A program made the translations under genes and the position numbers. A stretch of 61,731 nt of DNA, the filler included, from Hausera hauseri (lineage: Eukaryota): the NCBI GenBank assembly GCA_046269625.1. It is 11 parts of 11 records of this genome, joined end to end, with 100 filler letters (N's around TTAATTAATTAA, not from the genome) between each part and the next. Parts side by side here need not be neighbours in the genome. Positions count along the whole stretch, not along the records: positions 17,660 to 27,808 come from JBJURY010232183.1; positions 27,909 to 31,879 come from JBJURY010849191.1; positions 31,980 to 36,600 come from JBJURY010500464.1; positions 36,701 to 40,899 come from JBJURY010705882.1; 7 more parts are not named here. One strand, 5' to 3'. The notes below the pieces were generated by a model that was not told the DNA's origin, did not search any database, and worked only from the letters and a program-made list of their open reading frames with translations. Below, in pieces: positions 26,401 to 39,196 of this stretch. Every line of letters starts with the position of its first letter. Within the stretch, counting starts at the first letter, position 1.

Positions 26401-29345
26401 TCATGCTCTAATCATCATCAGGTGCATGGTACTGCATATTGTGGATCTTTTCTTTTGTAATTTTCTGGTGTTCCCAATTATTTCTGCTTCTGTCTTGGCA
26501 TACCGTGTTTAAACATAAGGAAATCATAGATAATTTGAAACATTATGCAATTCGGAACAACGTGTTGTCGCTTTTGTTTTTTTTTTTTTAAATTTATTTC
26601 GTTGGTGTTCTGCATTTTTGGTGCAATTGTAACAATATGACAGGAGTAGAGGGTAATGTGATTTAGCGTTCACATTTTACCTTGATGCGGGCATTTCTGA
26701 TATGATATACTTGCTTTTTTAGTACGGTACCTAAACACTTCCAAACGATCTAACTCCACTGCAAAATTTACTGTAAAGCCTGAGATAAGAACTATATAGT
26801 GGAACTGTTTTTTAAAATGTTTTTTTTTTTCAATTCTATTGGTGATAGGAAACATTTTTTATGAACTTATACCAGTGGTTAAATTTAACGTTCACGCCGT
26901 TGTTATTGACTAAACAGTTAATGCTTAGTGTAAGTAGATGACTTGTGAAAAGTTTTGTGTTATAGCAGTAACTGAGAAATGAAGAAATCGCAGCCTATGT
27001 CAAAAAAACACCAGTCATGTATAAGGACAATGGTACCCGGTATATCTGGAATCTTAGTAGCAAGAAAGGGCTTTGATTAATAGTCTTCCATCTTGTATCA
27101 TGTTCGCTGAAAGTTTGTAAATCCAGCCCTACATCTCTTATGACTGACATTTACCGTCAAGCTATTTAAATTTATAAAGTAGCGTACTTTCCATTATTGT
27201 GTAAAAAAAATCAGAGCATTTACTTCGTAGCTTTTTTATGGTTTACTTGTTTTATTATGTTGTTCTTGTTGTAATGCAGACATATCAGTGATATCAGTAA
27301 TAAATCTGTAAGTAGAAAGGAGGCAGTTCATCCATAAAGACAATTATATAGTGGAAAGTGGGAAATGATACCGGCACATGATTGGTTTATATTATCAACA
27401 CAACACCAGGTCGTCTTTACTTTCCCATAGAATTTCTCTGGTAACCGTATTTGAGGCTGGATGCCCCCTACGGCCACCCTCCACCCCAACCCCGGATCAC
27501 TGGTACCAACAAATGTAGGAGTAACCTGATAAACGAAAACCACAGCACACAGGACTACAGTCTTACTTAGACATTTACGTGAAATGTCTTTGTGAAATAA
27601 CCAAGAAACACGCTGGACTGACAATACTGAATATGCTCTCAAAGATTGAATGTCGACGTGCTATCAATCTAGCACGGTATTCCGATCAGAGGTGACTCGC
27701 TCCTCTCAGTGCCCAAGAGTAACTCCAATAGTAAATCAACGGAAATACTCGGATTCTTCAATGGTAGATTTGAGTATCTTCCGGAGTAATCCACTTACAC
27801 CCTGATTTNNNNNNNNNNNNNNNNNNNNNNNNNNNNNNNNNNNNNNNNNNNNTTAATTAATTAANNNNNNNNNNNNNNNNNNNNNNNNNNNNNNNNNNNN
27901 NNNNNNNNTGTGTATAAGGTGTATGTTTACATAGGTGAGTATGTGTGTATATATACATAGAATGAGGCATATGAATGTTTGATAAAGCTTGCTGTATATA
28001 GAATTTACGTTAGTCCGTTAATTTGTGGGAGTCTGAGTTTGTGTGGGAAAATATGTAAATGTCTGAAAATGTAAATGTGTGGAATATGAAAATACATGTT
28101 GTGAATGTCATGTAAATACAGCATAACCCTTCTTGATGCTTGGGAAGCCATACATCTAAAAAGAAGTGAAAGAATCAAAGAAAAATGTGAAAATATCAAA
28201 ACTAGAGATACGTTCTACTTAGCAGAAATCATCAGTTCTGCAAAAGCGATCGATACAAGACATTAATGGCACGCTAAAAAGATAAAAGGACCATTTTTAT
28301 ATACAGAAATTATTGGATTATTAAAATTGTCAACCGATATTTAAAGTTACGAATTATACTATAATTACATAATTGTTTAGACCAGGTTCAAAATTGAACT
28401 ATAATGATCATAAATTTATCATGTTGTTTGAGCACGGGAAACGATTAAGCCTTATTCAAATGTAACAAATCTTGGTTGTGGTAATCTTGAAATTAATGCT
28501 AAAGAAGTTGAGATTGAAGAATTTGAGGAAGAATAAAATCGTCTCTTACAGAAATACATTGTTTAAAGAGTCGCGAGAATAAATTGGACCAAAATTATGA
28601 ATCTCTCATCTATCCGTATATCCTAGAGACATTACAATGGTATCAAGATACAAATAAAATTTTGAAGATAAATTCTGTGAGAAGAAAGAGCAAAGATAAG
28701 CAAATCATCGCTCTCTTAGTGAAAATGGGTAACTTGAATAAGTGTTGCATAATACGTTTGAGAATAGTGACAGTCTTTGAAAGAAAACAGCAAACCATAG
28801 TTGTATCCAAAACGATGAAATGGATATATAAAAAATATTCTAAAAATGGCAAGTCTCAATCGTACCCAAAATAATGAAGCTGACAAGTGTAGGAATATTT
28901 TTATCACGTTAATGGGCACAAATTTAAATAATTGTGAAAGAAAGATCATGTTAGAATTAAAATTATTCATTCCTCATTTTAGCAAATGCATTCAGTTCAA
29001 TATCAAATAGATATAAAATATATCAATATACATATATAATGTAACGATATACATAAGTAAATATACACTTAGTGATAAAAATCACTAGAATGATCATCGA
29101 AATTTTGAAAGAATTGACAAATTAAAATTCAAAAAGGAATTTAAATGTATGAAGACAATTTCTGTTTTGGATTATGCCAAAAAACAATATCACGAAAAAA
29201 AGTAAAGACAGATGTGAAATTATTCGACCAGATTCAAAGTAGAAGCGTTCGAATATACAAAGAAACGCAAAGTAGATCTTCAGACTTTAAAATACACGAC
29301 AGAATCGAGATAGAAAGTGTGATGTTATACGAACAATAACCTGAA

Positions 29346-30539
29346 GTGAACAAGGTGGGATATCTAACGGAATTGAACTTTCCGTATCGTTTTATATTAC
29401 AATTTTCAAACGGTATGAACACAGTCGTTATAGTGTCAATCTTAGAGGTCCAAACGTCATTGACGTTTGACAGAAAAATCAAAAGAATAAGATTGTTTGC
29501 TAAAATTCGGGAGAGCTTCATCGTGCAACAGTTCACATCCACCAGTCCAACAAATGAAACCCAACTCACCAAAGGGGGAATGAATTGTATTTTGGTATCT
29601 GGTAAGCCATCGTATGATCCGTCTAAATCAGACGTAGGAAAATTGTACGATCAAGGGATTCAATATAATAGAAATGACTCAGGGTCGTATTTAAAATCAA
29701 ACCACCCCCCTGAAGTCTCATCGGGGATACATTCGATATTAGAAATGAATAAGGTCTTACCAAGTTATAAGATTCCTACCTCGAGTGAGGATTCATTAAA
29801 AGGTTCTTATTTTGTGTCAATAGATGTTAGAGAATATGTACAAAATAAAAAGTTTCAATTGTGCATTATGACATACTGTAAAGACCATATCGAACAAGAG
29901 AAATTATCAAATATAAAATTTAACCCTATAGAAAATATTGAAAGTAACAACATCAGTCAACTATTACAAGATCCTCCATCTGATTATCAAAATACATCGA
30001 TATATCAGAAAAAAACGGTATCGTGGGTAGACGAGCTTTGTGCAGGGCATTGGCATCCTTGTCATTATTGTGATGAAGAAATTGATATTGGGAACGGATC
30101 TAAGAACGTTTACATGGAGTTGGTGAGGAATAATGTTAATAATATTATTCGTTGTTGTTTAATTTCTGTTAATTTTGAATTGAATGGTATGGTGGGGGGA
30201 ATTATTTATACATTTAAGGGGATTAAAACGATTGAGTTGAGAGATAAAGTCAAGCAAGAATATTATTTTCATATCATAAGATATATTCGTGAGAAATATC
30301 ATATCTTATATTCAAGTAGATCGACGATAGAAAAAAGGTTAATTGAAGATAGAGAGACTTATGAATCGGATGGAAAATTGAGGGACATGAATTTAAATTT
30401 TAAAGGGGAAAACGTTTCGATAGGTGAGAAATTTCACTTTAAAAAGAGTACGTGTGATAACGGATTAGATTTATCATATAGAAATTGTATAAAACATCCA
30501 GAGCCTGAAATATATTTCATGGAAAAACTAAATGTCTAG
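29346..30539 (+). CDS. Hypothetical 397-aa intronless ORF (Cys/His cluster CAGHWHPCHYC) with upstream frameshifted pieces; 3' end abuts a Gypsy fragment
   Basis: Long open frame in very AT-rich DNA. No family recognised. Confidence 0.45.
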   Translation: MNKVGYLTELNFPYRFILQFSNGMNTVVIVSILEVQTSLTFDRKIKRIRLFAKIRESFIVQQFTSTSPTNETQLTKGGMNCILVSGKPSYDPSKSDVGKLYDQGIQYNRNDSGSYLKSNHPPEVSSGIHSILEMNKVLPSYKIPTSSEDSLKGSYFVSIDVREYVQNKKFQLCIMTYCKDHIEQEKLSNIKFNPIENIESNNISQLLQDPPSDYQNTSIYQKKTVSWVDELCAGHWHPCHYCDEEIDIGNGSKNVYMELVRNNVNNIIRCCLISVNFELNGMVGGIIYTFKGIKTIELRDKVKQEYYFHIIRYIREKYHILYSSRSTIEKRLIEDRETYESDGKLRDMNLNFKGENVSIGEKFHFKKSTCDNGLDLSYRNCIKHPEPEIYFMEKLNV

Positions 30540-31879
30540 GTGATGGCTGTTTTAACGTCATGATATGCAGAGACAAATTGACGGGATAGAAGCAAATGCT
30601 TGAAATGCTTTACCGCTAGAACTATGGCCAGGAGCTCACGATCGAATGTAGAATATGGACTTTATGGTTATGTGAGCTTTCGGGGATAGAATTCTAACGG
30701 CGGGTCGACGCCATTATATATTTGGTGTAAGACCGCACCAGTGGCTGTGGTAGAGGCATCGGTGGTTCATATTAGTTTTGAGTTGGGTTTTGGAAAAGCC
30801 AAGATTTCAACGGTTTTCAGACCTTCACGAAGACGATCAAAATGGTTTACTAGATCGGTATTCCAGTGGATTAATTGTCTTTTCTTCCCGGATGAGAGAT
30901 GTGCGAAAGGTGCCGTTAGTTCGGAGCAGTATGACACGTATTTGTGTACAAAGTGCAGTGTCTCTAGAAAACTCCTCATGTCTGTAGTAGTAATTGGTAA
31001 TGCCACACTTTTCAATTGTTGTAAGCGATCAGGCTGGGCCGAAAGACCTTCGGGAATAATTATGTGGCCTAAGAAATTGACGCGTTTCTGAAAGAAATTG
31101 CATTTGGCGAAATTGATTTGCAGGTTGCTTTGTTGCAATCTGTGGAAAATAATTCTAAGGTGATCATGATGTTGTTTGATCGTTGTGGAAGCGACTAATA
31201 TGTCACCTATGTATGGGTGAGCAAAATCAAGAGCTGAAAGAACGGTGTCAATGTGGCGCTGAAAGGTCTGAGATGCGCTATGTAGTCCGAAAGGCATGAA
31301 GATGTATTTACAAAGACAAAATGGCGTGATGACAGCAGTTTTTGGAATGTCATCAGGAATTTGATGGTAGGCTTTGTGCCGATCAATGGTAGAATAGGTA
31401 TTGGTGTTGTTAAGGCTATCAAGAATATCTTTAATGAGTAATAGTGGATAGGCGTCTGTAATAGTTAGACTGTTTAATTGTCGATAGTCGCCATATGGCC
31501 TATAGGTACCATCTTTCTTTACCATTACATGAAGAGGAAAAGTCCACGGTAAATTCGATCTCCAAACGATGTCAGACTTTTTCAGTTCATTAAATTCCTG
31601 TTCCGCAGCTTTACGCCTGCGCGGCGACAAAGGTCTGACCTTTCGTTTGATAGGTTTCTGATGCTCTGTTACTATATTGTGATAAGTTGTGAATGGAGAC
31701 TTGAAGTTGACGTCCCTTTTAACTGTGCGAAAGCAAAACGTTGTGACGTATTATTTAAGATCGGAGTCTAGAGACAAGAATGAATGAGGCATATTATCGG
31801 ATGAGACAATTGCAGTAATTGACGAAGAACAACCGGCATTGCCACTGTCAATATTCAGTTTGAATTTTTGCTTTAAAAT
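30535..31879 (-). mobile_element. Ty3/Gypsy pol fragment (RT + RNase H), inactive
   Basis: PLHVMVKKDGTYRPYGDYRQLN, KAYHQI, MPFGLHSASQTFQR, catalytic YIDD mutated to YIGD, KCNF..VNFLGH. RNase H TDAS..GAVLHQ..YSTFDRELLA. Confidence 0.93.
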
Positions 31880-31979
31880 NNNNNNNNNNNNNNNNNNNNN
31901 NNNNNNNNNNNNNNNNNNNNNNNTTAATTAATTAANNNNNNNNNNNNNNNNNNNNNNNNNNNNNNNNNNNNNNNNNNNN

Positions 31980-34630
31980 CCTGTGAAGGATATCGTTGAC
32001 TAATGGTAGAGGGTAGGCATCCATTGTTGTTATGGTGTTGAGTTGGCGGTAATCACCGCATGGGCGAAAGATGCCATCTTTTTTTGGAACCACATGCAGT
32101 GGTGAAGACCAGGGGGATTTGGATCTTCTGATTATGCCTGATTTTTCAAGGTCGAGAAACTCAGCTTCCACTGCCTGTCTGCGACGAGGCGATAGCGAAC
32201 AAACCTTTTGACGTATTGGTCTCTGACGTGCTATTACTATGTGATGAAAGGTGGATTAAGGTAGTACAAATGATTTGTCCTTTTGCAACAGACGCGTGCA
32301 GAAGGACAAAATGTATTGTTGTAAATCAGAAGGCAAAGATGACAAGTTATCAGATGGTATCAATGCATCGTGACTGGATGCAGTTGAGGTATGAGTTATA
32401 AATGAGGTGTTGTGACTGGGTGGTATTTGGTGCAGGATGTTCGTCTTGAAGATGGTGTTGGCAGCTGTGTTATTAAAAATAGGTGCCACGCAGTTTTCAA
32501 TATCGCATTTGTCACCGTATTAAAAATTTTTATATAATGAATGATTATAAAAATAATTCAAATCGGAAGTCGTTTTCTTTGGTATCGACGTACTGGACGC
32601 GATCGCCGGGGTGGTCATCGAAATGCTACTGATTTGATTAATATTATTTCCGCTTTTTAATGAACATTGTTTGCAATCTACAAGTAAATTGTATTGGGAC
32701 AGAAAGTCTGAACCCCATACAGGTGTGTGTACATTGGCTACTGTAAATTTCCATGTGAATGTGTTTGTGAAGTGTGGAAGAGTGAATTTTAATTTGGTAA
32801 CTCCAAAAATTTGTAAAGGTTCACCGGAGGCAGTGAACAGTTGCTTTTGCGAAGTGTAATTGTGTTGTATGAGCTGTGTTGGTGGCAGTAGAGAGATTGC
32901 TGCGCCGGTGTCTATAAGAAAGTTTATTTTTTGTATTGTTGGATTGATGACTGCTGCTTCTAACGTGAATACAGCAAAAGAAATGTGTCGCCTGTGTTTT
33001 TGCAGGTTGTTGACTTTGCTAGGACTTGCCGTGTGTCCTAACGGCGAAATTAGTTTTTTGGAGTTGGTGAATTTGGCCTACTGTATTGTGTGAACTTATT
33101 AGTGTTGGTCTTATTGTGTGTGCTGTAGGTGCAACCAGGCAGGAATTTTTGTGCTTTTGTGCCAAATGTTGAGTGGTAGATGCAATCCATGTTGCCTGTA
33201 TTAAAACCAGGAGAATAAAATTTACAACCGACGCAGCATTTCTGAGCATTTTTGCAAAATTTGCTATGATGATAGCAAATTAATGACCGCGCTGGCGAAG
33301 GCTACCGTTTTTGACGTTGATTAAACACATTAGGGGAAGCAGGCCTAGAAAAACCCCGTCTAGGTAGTGTTAATGCGTTTAGTTTGTCGTTAATATTGTT
33401 GATTGTTTTTTGTAATGCTTCATTTTCTGTGCGAAATTGCACAATTTGTTGCTGCAACATTGCATTTTGTTATCGTTGATCTTTTGTCAATGCTGCAGAG
33501 ATAGTTGGTACTGCATGTGAATGCATTACTTCGTATGCCTTGTCTGTCAGTTCGGCTAGCTTGTCAAGTGCCATGGAGTCTTCAACCACAGTTAGCAAAG
33601 CTCTATTTGAAGGGGCAATGCGTTTAAGAAATAGCGACGAAGAAGCACGGGATTGTATTCAGAGGTTACGCCAAGGGTGTTGAGGTGAGACAAGGATGTG
33701 CGTAGGAATTCAGCAGGCTTTTGATGACCCATGGCGTTGTCATTAAAGAACCTTTGAATGATTGAATCGATTGAAGGCTCAGTAAGCTTGAGGACTGCAT
33801 TATAAAGTTGTGTATATGGGTAAGCATGTTGAAATATATCGATTATATTGGTGATTTTAGTTTTCATGGAAGCTGGTAAATGGAAGAAGAGGCTGTTGGC
33901 TTTGGCTAAAGAGTCGACGACATTTTGCGATTGGAGCCAAAATTAGTGCAGTTTTAGCCAAGTTTGAGTAGAGTTTTGGCTGTCGAGAAGATATTCTGTG
34001 CAGGGTGAATGCACAAGGAGGGTGTGTTGTGTTAAAGTGTTTAAAATGCTTTGTTTGGATAAATTTATGATGGGGATCTGCGGCGTGGTAAGTTTCTCAG
34101 TGGTGTCAAATGCGGTTGACGAGTCCATGCCACCACGGATACGGAAATAAATGTGAAGACAGATGCGGGTTGAGGACGATTGTAGTGTTCCAGCGAGGGG
34201 TACTAGAGATCCATTGTATGTGAGGTAGAAATCAGAGGAGTGGAGTAATGTCGAGATAAAGGTGTAAATGGCTGCAGTATGTAAGTGTAATGCTGTGTGT
34301 ATGGATATGTTTGTTAGAACCAGACTGACTAGTTGGGTAATCCGGAAGGCTTGAGGTATAGATAAGAAAGGTGTATATAGTATATATAGAGGTATGTGTG
34401 TAAGAGTGCGTGTGTTTATGTACAGAACGGAGTGAGTAAATGATGACGTTGTATATAGGTATATTGTACATATATTTTTATGTTTATCATGTGAATTTTG
34501 TGTGGAATGAAAATTGTTTGTAGAAAACTTGCGTGCTTGATGATGTAAAATAGGTATGGGAATCCAATATAATGTGTTGTAATTGCTGTAAATAAATAGC
34601 CCGGGTCGACATTCGGGGAATCAGAAGACG
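31980..34630 (-). mobile_element. Decayed Ty3/Gypsy element, copy B (same family as 770-3230)
   Basis: Colinear nucleotide similarity to copy A. Gag MDSS..., protease FLIDTGAAISLLP, RT start SGIIRRSKSPWSSPLHVVPKKDGIFRPCGDYRQLN. Confidence 0.93.
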
Positions 34631-35309
34631 AGAACAACCATTGTTATTTACCATACTAATCGTAATTCTGTTCTATTACTCAATGAATTGTAACGTCATC
34701 AAACGTGGTAATTAGTTACAGAGGATCCACAAGGAATTCATCACATATCAATTCTGAAGGCAATAAATAATAGATGTTAATATCTAAACAGCAAACCCCA
34801 ACTGTATTTAAAATGACGAAAAATATGTGAGAAAAAACAGCTAACCACAATTGTATACAGAACAATAGAAAAAAAGGTTCTGCTGAATGTATTTCAATAA
34901 TGAATATTTCAATAAGAACATAAGAGTCCTCAACACAAAGCTAAACTAATGCAAAGTGTATGAGTAGACATGATTATTTGATAAAACACGTTACTACGTA
35001 CAAAGTTCAGTAAGTCAATTTTAGAAGTACAGTTAAAAGTTAAATTTTCTGAACTAAAGATTCTTGTACAATCTATATGCATTAAATAAGTTGATATAAT
35101 AAACCAGAGTTATCGATATTATTGGAATTACAAAATACAAAAGTTCAAAAAAAGATATTCTGCGGTTGGCATAGTAAAAAATAAAAATTAGAAATTAGTA
35201 CGCTAGACGGAATTTTTATATTAAAAGGAAAAAAAGAGAATCGTTGAACTGCAGATAACGGAAAGGAGAAAATTTGAGTAAGAAGAATTGAATCAAATAT
35301 AAAAGTACG

Positions 35310-35885
35310 ATGAAGGATCATAGTTGTATCAGAAATTTCGGTATATCATTTGTAAGAACGAGAATATCTATTCTACTTGAAGTTAACACATCGATGATCA
35401 CAAAAGATGGTTTAAAATTCGATATGAATCATTTCTCGAGTTTGCAACTGTCGATCGAAGTTATTGAAGATTTCGAACATAATGGAGGTTGGTTAAATGG
35501 AAATGGCAAAGCGATCGTCGTGAGATCTATCTCTGAGAAGGAGTGTGAAACGAGTTGTCGACGTGTTGCGAGGATCTTTCCCAAATTTATTTTGGATGTT
35601 CAACTTGCTAACTATAGAGGTTATAACTTAACGGCGGGATGTTATGTTGGAAGAACGGTAAATCTCATGTTTTCCCGTCAAACAAATTACGAATTTGGTT
35701 CTCTCTCTCCTAAAAGATTTCCCACATTAAATTACAAAGTGATTCATCCAGATGTAATATTTACAATCCTCCGTATAGGCAATGTCTATTTGTCAGGTGT
35801 TAAAAATAACGCTAAAGTAGATGGGGCTTATAAGAAGTTCGATAAGTCGTTGGTCAAAGATTGGAGAGCGTCTTACTACTTCTGA
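35310..35885 (+). CDS. Divergent TATA-binding-protein family member (TBP/TRF2-like), intronless
   Basis: Both TBP repeats align by eye: IRNFGISF ~ LQNIVST; FDMNHF ~ [31 protein letters not shown] ~ [34 protein letters not shown] ~ [44 protein letters not shown] ~ [35 protein letters not shown]. Confidence 0.8.
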   Translation: [191 protein letters not shown]

Positions 35886-35930
35886 AACAATCCTAGGATT
35901 GCAAATAAGTCAATTAACGATTTTATAGTT

Positions 35931-36600
35931 TTGGTTAGTGATGATAATTATAGCAATGTTAGTTGTCGTTTATATTTTGTTCCTACGGATGTCGACTTGG
36001 AGTGTGTTGTGGGGGAATTTGTTTGTTTGTCCGATGGGGGTGGAAGAAAGGGGTTGGAAAATAAGACGAAAGAAAGCCATCCCCTCAGAATTATAATGTG
36101 TGTTCATAGAAATGAACAAAGTCTAAACATAAATAACTTAAGGGAGAAAGGGAAATTGTTTAAAGAGAAATACGTAAGCGATTGGGTTTTAAAAGTATTT
36201 GGAATTAGTATAAAATGGGTGGGGGTGGGTTTGTACGGTAATGAAAACAATATTTTAACGGATACAGTTATGGTCCGTACGAACGAGAGATGTGATAGGA
36301 GTTTAAAAATATTCGAGGTTAGTGTAAAACGAATAAGAGTGGATGAAAATGAAGAAAGTAGTCTAGAAAATACTTGTTGTATAATTACTAATATAAATAA
36401 AGCAAAGTTAGGAAAAATAAACGGGTTCTATTTCTCAAGATGTAGAAATAATACGGCGAATCATGATGGTGAAATTTTTCTTCGTAGAAAAAGTTTAAAC
36501 GGTTTGAGAAGAAAAAATTTAATAAATGAGCACTGTAACGAGATTATAATTAGAGCTATTTGGGTGGATAAATTATTATTATACAAGTATTATGTCAATT
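35931..36600 (+). CDS. Hypothetical ORF, truncated by the contig end
   Basis: Open frame of more than 220 codons in AT-rich DNA. No family recognised. Confidence 0.35.
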
Positions 36601-37797
36601 NNNNNNNNNNNNNNNNNNNNNNNNNNNNNNNNNNNNNNNNNNNNTTAATTAATTAANNNNNNNNNNNNNNNNNNNNNNNNNNNNNNNNNNNNNNNNNNNN
36701 ATAGACTTGAACTGATAATATCTGTTTTGCAACTTCTTTCGAGGCGGAAGATCGGGCCCGACGCGGCGGCAACGGACGCCCGGCCGTGTCCAACCAAGTG
36801 GGCCAGAGAGCACCGGCCGCTGTGGGCACCACAATCATGATTCTGCAGAATTTTGGTAAAAACTGCAACGAATCAGTAAGACTTTAGAAATGAAACACAA
36901 AAATTCAAAAGCTGGATTAGTACAAAAATTACAAATTAAATTCAACGTAAATTAAATCTTCAAACAAAATTGTTCAGTCCTCACTAATTCCAATGGGCGA
37001 AGCTTCTTAACACGTGTATGAAATAGTGGAAGTGAACAAGGCTATTGCGCGTTCGTATGTGAAATGTGCAGTTCGGACAGGAATATGCAACCTTACCTAT
37101 GACTAACGTATAGGTAATGTGTAGGGGACAGTGATATACATTACGTGAGTTTCTAAGGTTGAATTAGCGTACGCCTTACTTAGTTATTTGAGGATGGCTC
37201 CGGACCGACCGTGTGTCGGTACCTGTGCCAATATTGAGTGTGCTTAATGAAAATTACTTAGCGTTGAGAATCACATATGTACAATGAATTAAAAAACAAT
37301 ATTAAAATGCAATATGTAATCAATATAACAAATCTTACAAGTTGCCATGAAGCATATAGATAAAGACACAAGTCAAAAAAACTGTTCAATTCATTTACAA
37401 ATGATTTCTATATTTATAGTACTTTAAGACCGTCTCAGAAAAAATTATATTTACATATAACGTCTCAAAATACGTACAGATAGAAATATAATTGTACTTG
37501 TCTTTTGCCGAAAAGAATTAATGGTTATAGATCACGTTATAATTCAGAGTTGTATTATCTCACCGTCCGCAATATAGTCGGAATCATATTATTTCAATGT
37601 TAAAATCTATAGTCGGAATAATTAATTCAAATCAAGAGTTGCACTGCGACATATGGAACAACATGTGGAGTTCAATTCAACAAACTGATGGGGGTGAAGA
37701 AAATTGTCCCCAATTTACGGTTGCGGCGGTAGGAAGATTGTCTTTCCAGATGGGGCTTTGTAACGAATGGCGTCCATTGTGTAAATTTCACCATCTA

Positions 37798-38668
37798 TCA
37801 ACATTTCCTCGTCCATAGAGAGCTTTTTTTATTGGTTGGAGTCAGTGGTGCTTTTAACACTTTCTCGGGAGCCGTCTTTTCATTGATTAGTTCATCTGAC
37901 CATTGCAATGTTCGATATAATGCCTGAAAGCATTGTACCATTACAGTACTCCTTAATGGCATCGTTCGAGTCTTGTAGAACTTTTTAGTTAGTTCCCGTG
38001 GATTAATTGATTCCATAGGATATTTACGGAGAATCTCTGTGATATAAGATATCACGAATTCCTAAGATTCTCCGTAGTGGACACTTCAGGTAAGTCGAAA
38101 TTGTGTTGATTATATCGGTCCCGATGACCATCTTATCCGTTAAGATTTCCCAAATCTTATTGTAAAATTGTTGGACGTCCATTTGATTAGTAACTTGTAA
38201 CTCTGAAAGACCGGTCACATGTGTGTCGTAATTGTTTATTCGTTGTCTCGGCGTTATTAGCGTATAGAACAGCGGATGCCCATTGATTTTTATAATAGAG
38301 CATTCCATGGGTTGCATTTGATTGTATTGGTCAAACGCCAGATTGACAGCCAATATTACGCAATCTTCTGGGTTTATTTCTTTAGTCCGACTATAGGATT
38401 TCTCTTTTAAGGTCACGTAATTGGCTTCGGGGAAATTAAAACACTTGCAAGAATGGTTTATTGACCATTGTTTTTCAGTTTTTATTACTTCCACGCTGAG
38501 CATGATTTCGTTAGCTAGTGATCTCATTTTAATAGAATTCGTGAGTGTGAAGTTAAATTCTATGGATATGCCATGACATTGGTCCAGGTTTATTATATCC
38601 CCGGCTATTTTTGTTTTTGTTTCTTTAGTTTTTACTTGAAATCTTCCGGCTGTTATAGATTTGGACAC
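37798..38668 (-). CDS. DEDDh/REX4-ISG20-like exonuclease fold, catalytic motifs degenerate, frameshifted near 38040
   Basis: MECSIIKINGHPLFYTLITPRQRINNYDTHVTGLSELQV...IWEILTDKMVIGTDIINTI...IRDI matches the REX4-type pattern (RVSIVN..G.V.YD..VKP...VTDYRT.VSGI...L.GRILVGH...D...RDT). ExoI reads ILAVNLAFD rather than VALDCEMV. Confidence 0.7.
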
Positions 38669-39196
38669 TGCGATAGTTATCCGGCATTATGATCAGATCT
38701 TTTAGTAGAAATGACATGGCCTTCGTAAGGTGTACCAATGTTATCGATCGGTTTGCCATATTATATCCTTTTAGATTGTTTGGGATTTGTTGTACTTGAG
38801 AATAGTTTAATGAAAAAGTGTCGTTGGTTGAATTCGCGTTCATCAGATATTTTCGAGCGTTGTCGAACCAATGTTTTGAACGTTGTATTGATTGAATCTG
38901 GCTGAGTACTGTAAAGACAGAATGTAAATAATAGTCAATGCAAAAACTAACAAATATCGCAACGGTTGTCGCATTTACATAGGCAATCGTCTGTCTTTTT
39001 CTATAATAATTTAATAGGGTAACGGGTTATCTCGTTATTTTTTTCGGTTTGGTTACGTCTGTCATAGTCGTGAACTATAATTGTCAGCTTGGATTATCTA
39101 CATCCAAGACATTTGGTATACGTCGCAGGTTTATCCTTATCCACTTTACTCTGCGGAGTTTTCGTAGATAACGGATCAATTTTACTACTAACACTG

